The position numbers and the translations under genes were made by a program. A stretch of 64,000 nt of DNA from Thermoanaerobaculia bacterium (GTDB lineage: Bacteria > Acidobacteriota > Thermoanaerobaculia > Multivoradales > Multivoraceae): the NCBI GenBank assembly GCA_963666565.1, contig OY762911.1:800001-864000 (forward strand). The letters run 5' to 3'. Below, in pieces: positions 40,064 to 51,619 of the stretch. Position 1 is the first letter of the stretch, and each line of letters starts with the position of its first letter. The notes beneath the pieces are model-generated. The model made no database searches. It was not told the DNA's origin and saw only the letters and a program-made list of their open reading frames with translations.

Positions 40064-40524
40064 CAGGAACTGCTCCCGAGGGGAATCAGGGGTTCGGCGG
40101 CGCGGCCGACCGCACCGGCCATGAAGTCGGGACGGGCCATCTCGGCGATCGTGATGTCCTCCAGCGCCCCGCGCACGGCGCGGTCGATCCTCAGCCAGTT
40201 GTCGCGGACCCGGCAGAACGCCTCGTACGAACACTCGTGCTCCGAGTGCTCGCTGCACTCGGTCAGGGCGATGGGCCCCTCGAGCGCGAAGATCACGTGC
40301 GCGACGCTGATCTCGGCCGCCGAACGGGCGAGTTCGTAGCCGCCGTGTACGCCGCGGTGAGACACCAGCAGGCCGGCCCGGGCGAGCAGCTTGAGGATCT
40401 TGCTGACCATCGGCGCCGGCAGGTGCGTCTGCACCGCCAGTTCGGCGGCGGCGGCACGGCCCGTCGATGCGAGCTGGGTCATCAGAACGATCCCGTAGTC
40501 GGCTTGCTTGGTGAGTCGGATCAT
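40063..40524 (-). CDS. SUF system Rrf2-family Fe-S regulator
   Basis: [31 protein letters not shown]...C...C; first gene of the suf operon. Confidence 0.92.
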
Positions 40525-40614
40525 GACGATGGACGACCGGACAGCCCAGCACGGCGGCGGGGGAAACCGAGGCCGGCAGCGTGATGCCCTCTGAACGGTT
40601 CGGCGGCGCCGCCC

Positions 40615-40670
40615 AACCGGGACCCGAATAGTCCCGATTCGGAGAGTAGCACGGGAAGGCGGCGTGTCAA
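40615..40670 (-). promoter_or_regulatory. suf operon promoter and palindromic operator
   Basis: Minus strand TTGACA-N16-TACTCT (extended TG), followed by AATCGGGAC-N7-GTCCCGGTT, similar to Rrf2/IscR-type sites. Confidence 0.7.
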
Positions 40671-40742
40671 TCACGGCCGAACGACGTTGCGCCAGCAGAG
40701 CACGGCCTGCCCTGCAGCGAATGTGCTACCGTGTGCGTCACC

Positions 40743-41036
40743 ATGACTGAGCCAGCCTTGAAGACGTCCAGGGTCGGCATCCGGGAACTGCGACAGAACC
40801 TGAGCGTGTACGTCCGCCGGATTCGCCGCGGCGAGCGCTTCGAGGTCACGGATCGCGGCCGCCCGGTGGGCCTGCTGCTGCCGTTCCCGAAGAAGATGTC
40901 GCCGCTGGAACGCCTGATCGCCGAGGGCCGCGCGACCAGGCCGAAGGGGAGTCTCCTGGATCTGCCGCCGCCAAGGGGCGAAGTCTCGACGAAGGCGAGC
41001 GAGGCGTTGCTCGCGGACCGCGAAGACCGGCTCTGA
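40743..41036 (+). CDS. vapB: Phd/YefM-family antitoxin
   Basis: VGIRELRQNLS...GERFEVTDRGRPVG. Confidence 0.9.
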   Translation: MTEPALKTSRVGIRELRQNLSVYVRRIRRGERFEVTDRGRPVGLLLPFPKKMSPLERLIAEGRATRPKGSLLDLPPPRGEVSTKASEALLADREDRL

Positions 41037-41042
41037 GCGGGC

Positions 41043-41432
41043 GTGATCTACCTGGACTCCTCCGCGATCGTCAAGCTCGTCCTGCCTGAGCCGGAATCGG
41101 CCGCCCTTCGCGACTATCTGGCGAGCGACGAAGACCACGTATCGAGCGGCCTCGCGCACGTCGAAGTGCAGCGAACGGTGCGGCGGGTCGACGACACGGA
41201 AGAGAGGCGTCGAGACGCGGAGCGCGTGCTCGCCCGGGTCTCCCTCATGGACATGGCCGCGCCGATCCTTGCGCGGGCGGCGGCGCTCGATCCGCCCGGC
41301 CTGCGCAGCCTGGACGCCATCCACCTGGCGACCGCGCTCTCCCTGGACGGTCTCGACGCCGTGGTCACCTACGACCGCCGCCTCGCGGAGGCGGCAACGA
41401 AAGCCGGTCTCGCCGTCGAGTCTCCGGCCTGA
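41043..41432 (+). CDS. vapC: PIN-domain toxin
   Basis: IYLDSSAIVKL, EV, LRSLDAIHLATA, VTYDRRL. Confidence 0.93.
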   Translation: MIYLDSSAIVKLVLPEPESAALRDYLASDEDHVSSGLAHVEVQRTVRRVDDTEERRRDAERVLARVSLMDMAAPILARAAALDPPGLRSLDAIHLATALSLDGLDAVVTYDRRLAEAATKAGLAVESPA

Positions 41433-41454
41433 AGACCGCAGCCGCCCATAGAAC

Positions 41455-42201
41455 GTGCATTGGTTCCAGACACTCGTCCTGATCTGGTGCGGGCTGACAG
41501 TGCCGGTGCTGGTCTACGGCCTGGTGGGCAAGGACCGGACCGGGCGGGTGGGCGGCCGCGCCTGGGGACCGAACATCGACCCGCGCTGGGGCTGGCTCTT
41601 CATGGAACTGTCGGCTCTGGCGGTGTTCCCGGCGGTCTACGTAGCCGCCGGGGAGCGTCACAGGGTCGGCGACGTCCTGGTCGCCCTGTGGCTGGCGCAC
41701 TACGTCCATCGCACCCTGGTGTGGCCGTTCATCGTCCAGCGTCAGGCGAGGCCGTTCCCGGCGGTCACGGCCGCCTCGGGCTTCGCGTTCAACCTCGTCA
41801 ACGGCGTTCTTCTGGGCTGGTTCATGGCCCGGTTCGCCGACTATCCGAGCGGCTGGTTCTCCGACCCGCGCTTCCTGGCCGGCGCCGCCCTGTTCGTCAT
41901 CGGAGCAGTCCTCAACGTCTCCTCCGACTACCGCCTGTCGTCGCTGCGGGCCAAGGCCTCGGGAGGGGCCGTTCTGCCGCGGGGCGGCACCTTCAAGTAC
42001 GTATCGTGCCCCAATCTGGCGGGCGAGATCGTCGAATGGACCGGCTTCGCGCTCATGAGCTGGTCGCTGCCGGGCCTGGCGTTCGCGCTGTGGACCGCCG
42101 CGAACCTGGTGCCGCGCGCGCTATGGCGGCACCGCTGGTACCGGGAGAGGTTCCCGGACTACCCGGCGAACCGGCGAGCGGTCATCCCCGGAATCCTGTG
42201 A
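41455..42201 (+). CDS. 3-oxo-5-alpha-steroid 4-dehydrogenase (SRD5A-like) membrane protein
   Basis: GWLFME, HYVHR, FNLVNG, LPRGGTFKYVSCPN..GEIVEW, NLVPRA..HRWY. Confidence 0.88.
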   Translation: MHWFQTLVLIWCGLTVPVLVYGLVGKDRTGRVGGRAWGPNIDPRWGWLFMELSALAVFPAVYVAAGERHRVGDVLVALWLAHYVHRTLVWPFIVQRQARPFPAVTAASGFAFNLVNGVLLGWFMARFADYPSGWFSDPRFLAGAALFVIGAVLNVSSDYRLSSLRAKASGGAVLPRGGTFKYVSCPNLAGEIVEWTGFALMSWSLPGLAFALWTAANLVPRALWRHRWYRERFPDYPANRRAVIPGIL

Positions 42202-42247
42202 TCACCGGTTGCGCCCGGCCGGCTCCGCTCGGCCTGTCTCCTCGGCC

Positions 42248-43564
42248 CTACCCCTCCTTCTCCCCGCCGGAAGCCGGCGCCAGACGTTCCCCGGCCCGGC
42301 TGTCGCTGAGCAGCACGGCGACCCAGCGGAACTCCTCCGTGTTCTCCAGCAGGATCTTGACCACCATCGTCAGCGGCACGGACAGCAGCATCCCGATCGG
42401 GCCCCACACCCAGCCCCAGAAGACGAGCGAGAGGACGACCACCAGGGTCGAGAGGCCGAGCCGCCGGCCGAGGAGGGGCGGTTCGATGAAGTTGCCGATC
42501 ACCATGTTGACGACCAGGTAGCCGAGCGCGACGAGGAGCCCGCGGCCGACGCCGATCTCGACCATGGCCAGAAGGGTGGTCGGCACGGCGGCGATGATCG
42601 AGCCCAGGTTCGGGATGAAGTTCAGCACGAAGGCCACGAGGCCCCAGAAGACCGCGAACTCGACGCCCAGCACGCCGACCCAGACGCCGATCAGCAGGCC
42701 GGTGGCCAGGCTGATCACGGTCTTGATCCCCATGTAGTGCTGGATCTCGTGCATGGCGCGCGAGAAGCGGGCCTCGGCGGCGGCGCTGCCGAACGCCGCC
42801 CGCACCTTGGGGCCGAAGGTTGCCGCCTCGAACAGTGTGAAGATGACGATCAGCGAGATGACCAGGAAGGACGACAGGGCGGCCGTCGTCGTGCGCAGGG
42901 TCCGGTTGACGAAGTCGACCAGGAAGCCCGGCTCGAAGCGGGCGAACAGCGCCTGCGAGAGGGAGGTCTCGCCGCCGGCCGCCGACCCCGGGACGTCGGC
43001 GGACAGCGAGTCGGCCGGCGCTTCCGATGCCGCGGCGTCCCCGGACGACGGGTCGGTCGGCGCCTCGCCGTCGACCGCCGCGCCGCCCGCGCCCTGGACC
43101 GCGGCGCCGCCTGCGCCCTCGACCGCCGTGCCGCCTGCGCGCCCGCCCGCGGTTGCGCCCGCGCCCTCGACCGTCGATTCGGCCAGCCAACTGGCGAGCG
43201 GGACGCCGCGGCGCTCCAGCCATTCGCCGCCTTCGTCGATCGAGTTGGACAGAGTGGACTGGACGTCGTCCATCTTGCCCGCGAACTGGTTGGCCGTAGT
43301 GCCGACCAGGTAGCCCGCGAGGGCGAGAATCAGCAGGTCCACCATGATCGTGCCGAGGACCGCCACGATCATCGGCAGCCGGCGCTGCAGCCAGGTCAGG
43401 AGCGGCAGGCTGATCGCGGCGATGAAGATCGCGACCAGGAAGGGGATCATGATGGACGACGCGGCCCGCAGGCCGGCGACCAGCACGACGACGCACGCGG
43501 CGACGACCAGGATCCGGACCGGCGTCCCGTAGGCGCGGATCGGTTCGTCGGGGTTCGCGGCCAT
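42248..43564 (-). CDS. AI-2E family transporter with a low-complexity insertion
   Basis: FVLNFIPNLGS, GNFIEP, WGWVWGPIGMLLSVPLT; internal AVEGAGGA-like repeats. Confidence 0.9.
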   Translation of the reverse strand: MAANPDEPIRAYGTPVRILVVAACVVVLVAGLRAASSIMIPFLVAIFIAAISLPLLTWLQRRLPMIVAVLGTIMVDLLILALAGYLVGTTANQFAGKMDDVQSTLSNSIDEGGEWLERRGVPLASWLAESTVEGAGATAGGRAGGTAVEGAGGAAVQGAGGAAVDGEAPTDPSSGDAAASEAPADSLSADVPGSAAGGETSLSQALFARFEPGFLVDFVNRTLRTTTAALSSFLVISLIVIFTLFEAATFGPKVRAAFGSAAAEARFSRAMHEIQHYMGIKTVISLATGLLIGVWVGVLGVEFAVFWGLVAFVLNFIPNLGSIIAAVPTTLLAMVEIGVGRGLLVALGYLVVNMVIGNFIEPPLLGRRLGLSTLVVVLSLVFWGWVWGPIGMLLSVPLTMVVKILLENTEEFRWVAVLLSDSRAGERLAPASGGEKEG

Positions 43565-43611
43565 GGTGCGATTCGGAGTGTAGCCGCCGAGCGGGCCGCC
43601 AAAGCGGTCCG

Positions 43612-43800
43612 CCGGGTGCGCGGGTCTTCCGACCCGCCCTCCGGGCGGCGCCGCGGAGCGGCGTAGCCCGGACAAGCAGGCCGCCGGCCGAAGGCCGGCG
43701 ACGATGTCGGCGCGGGCTCCAGAGCGGAGCCGGCCTGACGGCCGGCGCGTTCTTCCGGCCGCCTTCGGCGGCAGCGGGTCGGAAGACCCGCGCACCCGGC
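43612..43800. repeat. Inverted pair of REP-like units
   Basis: CCGGGTGCGCGGGTCTTCCGACCCGC at 43612 and GCGGGTCGGAAGACCCGCGCACCCGG ending at 43799. Confidence 0.88.
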
Positions 43801-43802
43801 GG

Positions 43803-45746
43803 TCAGGCGGTGGCGGCGCGGTGGTCTTCCACCAGGCCGTCGACGACCGCCGGCTCGGCCAGCGTCGTCGTATCGCCGAGGTCGTCGTACTCGCCGGCGG
43901 CGATCTTGCGCAGCACGCGGCGCATGATCTTGCCGGAGCGGGTCTTCGGCAGGCCGGCGGCGACGTGGATGCGGTCGGGCGTGGCGATCGGTCCGATCAC
44001 GGTACGGACCTGCTGGCGCAGTTCGGCCACCAGTTCGGCCCGGTCCCGGCTCTCCGCCTCCGGCACGATCAGGACGTAGGCGTAGATGCCGACGCCCTTG
44101 ATCTCGTGCGGGCAGCCGACCACGGCGGCTTCCGCCACCGCCTCGTGCGCCACCAGGGCGCTCTCGATCTCGGCCGTGCCCAGCCGGTGCCCGGACACGT
44201 TCAGCACGTCGTCCACCCGGCCGGTGATCCAGTAGTAGCCGTTCTCGTCCCGGCGGCAGCCGTCGCCGGTGAAGTACATGCCGGGATAGGTGCTGAAGTA
44301 GGTCTCGACGAAGCGCTGGTGGTCGCCGTAGATGGTCCGCGCCTGCCCGGGCCAGGAGCGCTTGAGGCACAGGTTGCCGCTCCGGTCGTTCCCCTCGAGC
44401 TCCTTGCCGTCGGCGTCCACCAGCACCGGCTCGATGCCGAAGAAGGGCAGCGTCGCCGAGCCGGCCACCAGCGGCGTGGCGCCCGGCAGCGGCGTGATCA
44501 GGATGCCGCCGGTCTCCGTCTGCCACCAGGTGTCGACGACCGGACACTGGCCGTCCCCGACCACGTCGTGGTACCAGTTCCACACCTCGGGGTTGATCGG
44601 TTCGCCCACCGAGCCGAGCACCCGCAGCGAACCCCGGTCGTACGCCGTAACCCACCGGTCGCCCTCGCGGGCGATCGCCCGCAGCGCGGTCGGCGCTGTG
44701 TAGAAGAGGGTCACGCCCAGGTCGTCCACCACCTGCCAGTAGCGGCCGGGATCGGGGTAGGTCGGCACCGACTCGAACATGACGCTGGTCGCGCCGTTGG
44801 CCAGCGGGCCGTAGACGATGTAGCTGTGGCCGGTTACCCAGCCGATGTCGGCGGCGCAGAAGTGGATGTCGTCGTCGTGGTGGTCGAAGATCAGCCGGTG
44901 GGTCATCGAGGCGTACAGCAGATAGCCGCCGGTGGTGTGGAGCACCCCCTTCGGCTTGCCGGTCGAGCCGCTGGTGTAGAGCACGAAGAGCGGCGCCTCC
45001 GCGTCGAGCCGCGCCGCCGGCGCCGTGGCCCGCTGCTTCGCCGTCTCCTCGTGGAGCCACAGGTCGCGGCCCGGCGTCATCGGCACTTCCGTATCCGTGC
45101 GCCGCGCGACCAGCATGTGCTCGACCAGGTCCAGGCCCTCGATGGCCCGGTCGCAGGTCGCCTTGAGCGGGATCGTCCGGCCGCCGCGCAGGCCCTCGTT
45201 CGCGGTCACCAGCAGCCGGCAACCGGCGTCGACGATCCGCTCGCGCAGGCTGTCGGCCGAGAAGCCGGCGAAGACCACCGAATGCACCGCGCCGATCCGC
45301 GCGCAGGCCAGCATCGTGTAGGCCAGCTCCGGGATCATCGGCAGGTAGATGCACACCCGGTCGCCCTCGCCGATTCCGAGCGAGGTCAGCACGTTGGCGA
45401 CCCGGCAGACGTTCCGCTTCAGCTCCCGGTAGCTGATCCGGCGATAGCGACCGGGCTCGTCCTCGACCCAGATCAGGGCCGTCTTGTCGGGTCGGGCGGC
45501 GGCGTGGCGGTCGACGCAGTTCGTGCAGGCGTTCAGCACGCCGTCCTCGAACCAGGCGAAGTCGACGGCGTCGAAGTCCCAGCGCCCCGCCGACCGCGGC
45601 TCGGTGAACCAGTCGAGCGAGCGGGTCTGTTCGAGCCAGAAGCCGTCCGGATCCTCGATCGACCGCCGGTAGAGCTCGCGGTAGGCCTCCAGGCCGTCGA
45701 CGTGGGCGCGGCCGCTTTCCGCGATGGCGGTCTTGACGGGGATCAT
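43803..45746 (-). CDS. acs: Acetyl-CoA synthetase
   Basis: [55 protein letters not shown]. Confidence 0.98.
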   Translation of the reverse strand: MIPVKTAIAESGRAHVDGLEAYRELYRRSIEDPDGFWLEQTRSLDWFTEPRSAGRWDFDAVDFAWFEDGVLNACTNCVDRHAAARPDKTALIWVEDEPGRYRRISYRELKRNVCRVANVLTSLGIGEGDRVCIYLPMIPELAYTMLACARIGAVHSVVFAGFSADSLRERIVDAGCRLLVTANEGLRGGRTIPLKATCDRAIEGLDLVEHMLVARRTDTEVPMTPGRDLWLHEETAKQRATAPAARLDAEAPLFVLYTSGSTGKPKGVLHTTGGYLLYASMTHRLIFDHHDDDIHFCAADIGWVTGHSYIVYGPLANGATSVMFESVPTYPDPGRYWQVVDDLGVTLFYTAPTALRAIAREGDRWVTAYDRGSLRVLGSVGEPINPEVWNWYHDVVGDGQCPVVDTWWQTETGGILITPLPGATPLVAGSATLPFFGIEPVLVDADGKELEGNDRSGNLCLKRSWPGQARTIYGDHQRFVETYFSTYPGMYFTGDGCRRDENGYYWITGRVDDVLNVSGHRLGTAEIESALVAHEAVAEAAVVGCPHEIKGVGIYAYVLIVPEAESRDRAELVAELRQQVRTVIGPIATPDRIHVAAGLPKTRSGKIMRRVLRKIAAGEYDDLGDTTTLAEPAVVDGLVEDHRAATA

Positions 45747-45777
45747 CCGGCTCTCCTTGACGGCTTCTCGACGATGC

Positions 45778-47367
<1,590 letters not shown>

Positions 47368-47432
47368 CTCAACTACCTCGCCACGGTCGAGCGCGAGCAG
47401 CGGTCCCGCCTCACCGTCCGGGCCACAAGCAG

Positions 47433-47507
47433 TGGCTCCTCGGGAGGGATTCGAACCCCCAACATTTCGGTTAACAGCCGAACGCTCTACCGTTGAGCTA
47501 CCGAGGA
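47433..47507 (-). tRNA. tRNA-Asn (GTT)
   Basis: Minus strand TCCTCGG...CTGTTAA...GGTTCGAATCC...CCGAGGAGCCA. Confidence 0.97.
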
Positions 47508-47550
47508 AGAATCCGCCTCAAGGCAAAGGGCGGCGGGCGACACGGAGAGC

Positions 47551-47580
47551 ATCTTAGGGAGGCTTCAAGCCGACTGTCAA
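47551..47580 (-). promoter_or_regulatory. Putative sigma70 promoter of tRNA-Asn
   Basis: Minus strand TTGACA-N18-TAAGAT. Confidence 0.65.
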
Positions 47581-47597
47581 ACCGTCCCGGACGGCCG

Positions 47598-49313
<1,716 letters not shown>

Positions 49314-49322
49314 GACACCTCC

Positions 49323-51158
49323 TCAGCGCTCCGGCCGCCCGTAGATCTCCCGGCTGAGCTGCTGCTTCTCCTCGATCATCCGGTGCAGGGTCTCCATGTC
49401 GCCTTCACGCTGTGCGCGCTTGATCTCCTCCGCGAGCAGGTCGCGCCGCTGTTTGGCGAACCGCCGGCCGAGTTCGGCGAGACTGACCCGAAGCGATTCC
49501 GAGTCCCATTCCGATTCAGCGTCCGATTCCGATTCCGATTCCGAGAAGGCAGACGACCGTTGTAACAAAAGCCCGGCGATCCGGTCAACAGGTCGACCGG
49601 TCTCGTCGTCGGCGCCGCCGCGGCGGGCGAGGACGTCCACCAGGGCGCCGGTGTCGATCCGTTCCGCGCCGGCCCGCGCCTGCACGCGCATGGCGCCGTA
49701 GATCACCCGGAGGGCCGGGTCGAAGAACGCGTCCGGTTCGGGCCAGTCCACGCCATCGAGCGCGGGGGCGGCGGCGATCAGCCGCAGCACCTGTTCCTCG
49801 ATCGACGAGGTGTCCGGCGGGCGCGGAGCCGGCGCCGGGCGGGCCGAGTCCTCCGCGGGCGGGCGCTCGGCGGCCGCGGCCGACTCGCGCAGCAGCACCT
49901 CGACCTTGACCCCGAGGCGCTCGGCGGCGGTCTCGAAGTAGCCCCTCTTCACGATCGGGTCGCCGACCCGGTCGATCAGCGTCCGCACCCGCGCGGCCTC
50001 GCGCGCCCGCAGCCGGGGGTCGAGTTCGCCGCGGCTGGGCAGCTCGTCGATCTCGAGCGCCACCGCGTCCCGGGCGTCGGCGACCGTGCCGCGGACGGCC
50101 TCCGGCCCCTCGTCGAGCCGCAGGGAATCCGGATCCTGGCCGGCCGGAAAGCGGGCGCGGCGGACGTCGAGCCCGGCCTCGAGCATCAGCGCCGCCGCCT
50201 TGCGCGCCGCCTCAATGCCGGCGCGGTCGCCGTCGTAGCCCAGGATCACTTCGTCCGTGTAGCGGGACAGGAGCTTCACCTGCTGCCCGGTGAGCGCGGT
50301 GCCCATGCTCGCGACCGCCCAGTCGATGCCGGACGCCGCCGCCCCCAGGACGTCGAAGTAGCCCTCGACCAGCAGCGCCCGGCCCTGCTCGCGGATGCCG
50401 CGGCGCGCGGAGTCGAGTCCGTAGAGCAGGACGCCCTTGCGGAAGTGGTCCGTCTCGTTCGTGTTGACGTACTTGGCCTGGTCGTCGCCGAGGGTGCGCC
50501 CGCCGAAGGCCAGCAGGCGGCCGGAGGGCGAGCGAATGGGGAACATCAGCCGGTTGCGGAACCGGTCGTAGGGACGGTCCGGCGCCTTCGGGCTGCGGGC
50601 GATCAGCCCGGCGGCTTCAAGGTCGGGAACCGGGATGCGCCGGCCCAGATCCTCGATCATCGTCCGCCAGTCGTCGGGCGCGTAGCCGATGCCGAAGCGG
50701 GCGACGAGTTCCGGCGGCGCCTTGCGCCGGCGGAGGTACTGCTGAGGCAGGGCCTCCGTCCTGAGCTTCGCCCGGAAGAAGTCGTAGGCGGCGTCGAGCG
50801 CGGCCTGAATGCGCTCGGAGCGGTCGCGGCGGGCGTCGGCTTCCGGGCCGGACGCCCGCCGCAGGGGGATCCCGTAGCGATCGGCCATGTGCTCGACGGC
50901 GGTGGCGAAGGTGTCGCCCGTGAGTTCCATGTGCAGCTTGAGGGCGTCGCCGCCGGCGCCGCAGCCGAAGCAGTAGTAGAGCTTGCGCTCGGGGTCGAGC
51001 GAAAGCGACGGCGTCTTCTCCTTGTGGAAGGGGCAGAGCGCCACGAAGCGCTGGCCGCGGCGCTCGACCTTCGTGTGCTCGCTGGCGAGGTCGATGATGT
51101 CGATCGCCTCGCGCACGGCGTCCAGCGCCTCGTCGGTGAAGCCGGACTGCGGTTGCAC
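49323..51158 (-). CDS. dnaG: DNA primase
   Basis: CPFHKEKTPS/YYCFGC zinc ribbon, RFRNRLMFPI, FGGR, KYVN, VEGYFD, YDGDRAG TOPRIM. Confidence 0.97.
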   Translation of the reverse strand: MQPQSGFTDEALDAVREAIDIIDLASEHTKVERRGQRFVALCPFHKEKTPSLSLDPERKLYYCFGCGAGGDALKLHMELTGDTFATAVEHMADRYGIPLRRASGPEADARRDRSERIQAALDAAYDFFRAKLRTEALPQQYLRRRKAPPELVARFGIGYAPDDWRTMIEDLGRRIPVPDLEAAGLIARSPKAPDRPYDRFRNRLMFPIRSPSGRLLAFGGRTLGDDQAKYVNTNETDHFRKGVLLYGLDSARRGIREQGRALLVEGYFDVLGAAASGIDWAVASMGTALTGQQVKLLSRYTDEVILGYDGDRAGIEAARKAAALMLEAGLDVRRARFPAGQDPDSLRLDEGPEAVRGTVADARDAVALEIDELPSRGELDPRLRAREAARVRTLIDRVGDPIVKRGYFETAAERLGVKVEVLLRESAAAAERPPAEDSARPAPAPRPPDTSSIEEQVLRLIAAAPALDGVDWPEPDAFFDPALRVIYGAMRVQARAGAERIDTGALVDVLARRGGADDETGRPVDRIAGLLLQRSSAFSESESESDAESEWDSESLRVSLAELGRRFAKQRRDLLAEEIKRAQREGDMETLHRMIEEKQQLSREIYGRPER

Positions 51159-51232
51159 GACCGGTCATCCTACAGCGGCGGACGACGGGTTGGCGCCGGG
51201 CGGCGATGGCGGTGGACGTACCCGCCCGTCCT

Positions 51233-51392
51233 GGGTCAGGAGGGGTCCGCGCCCAGCTGACGCGCGCGCTCGAGAGGAGAAGGGAGGGGTTGCGCTTGCT
51301 CCGCTTCACTCGCTCCGGTTCGGTGGCGGTGAGTGCTACGTTGTCGGCCGTCGCTCGTTCAGAGGCACCTGGGCGCGGACCCCTCCTGACCC
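51233..51392. repeat. 160-bp element with perfect 24-bp terminal inverted repeats (MITE/REPIN-like)
   Basis: GGGTCAGGAGGGGTCCGCGCCCAG (51233-51256) and its exact reverse complement (51369-51392). Confidence 0.85.
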
Positions 51393-51507
51393 GACTGGGC
51401 TGGACGTCGGTGCCTGGGACCAGGCACGGGATCTCCGACAGGCTGGGCGGCATCAGGAATGTTCGCAGCCGCAGGGCTGCGCTGTCGCGCAGGGAACCGA
51501 CCGTTTG

Positions 51508-51533
51508 CTGGGTGCGCGGGTCTTCTGACCCGC
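51508..51533. repeat. REP-like unit
   Basis: CTGGGTGCGCGGGTCTTCTGACCCGC. Confidence 0.88.
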
Positions 51534-51619
51534 TACCGGCGTAGCCGGCCGGAAAATCGCGCCGGCCGCAGGCCGGCTCCGCTCGGGCTGGTGCCCCTTT
51601 GGCGCGGTCGGCGGCCGCG

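Noticed and set aside
40645-40729. GTAGCAC/GTGCTAC inverted pair as a vapBC operator overlapping the suf promoter
   Set aside because: More simply explained as two divergent extended -10 elements (TGCTACnnT).
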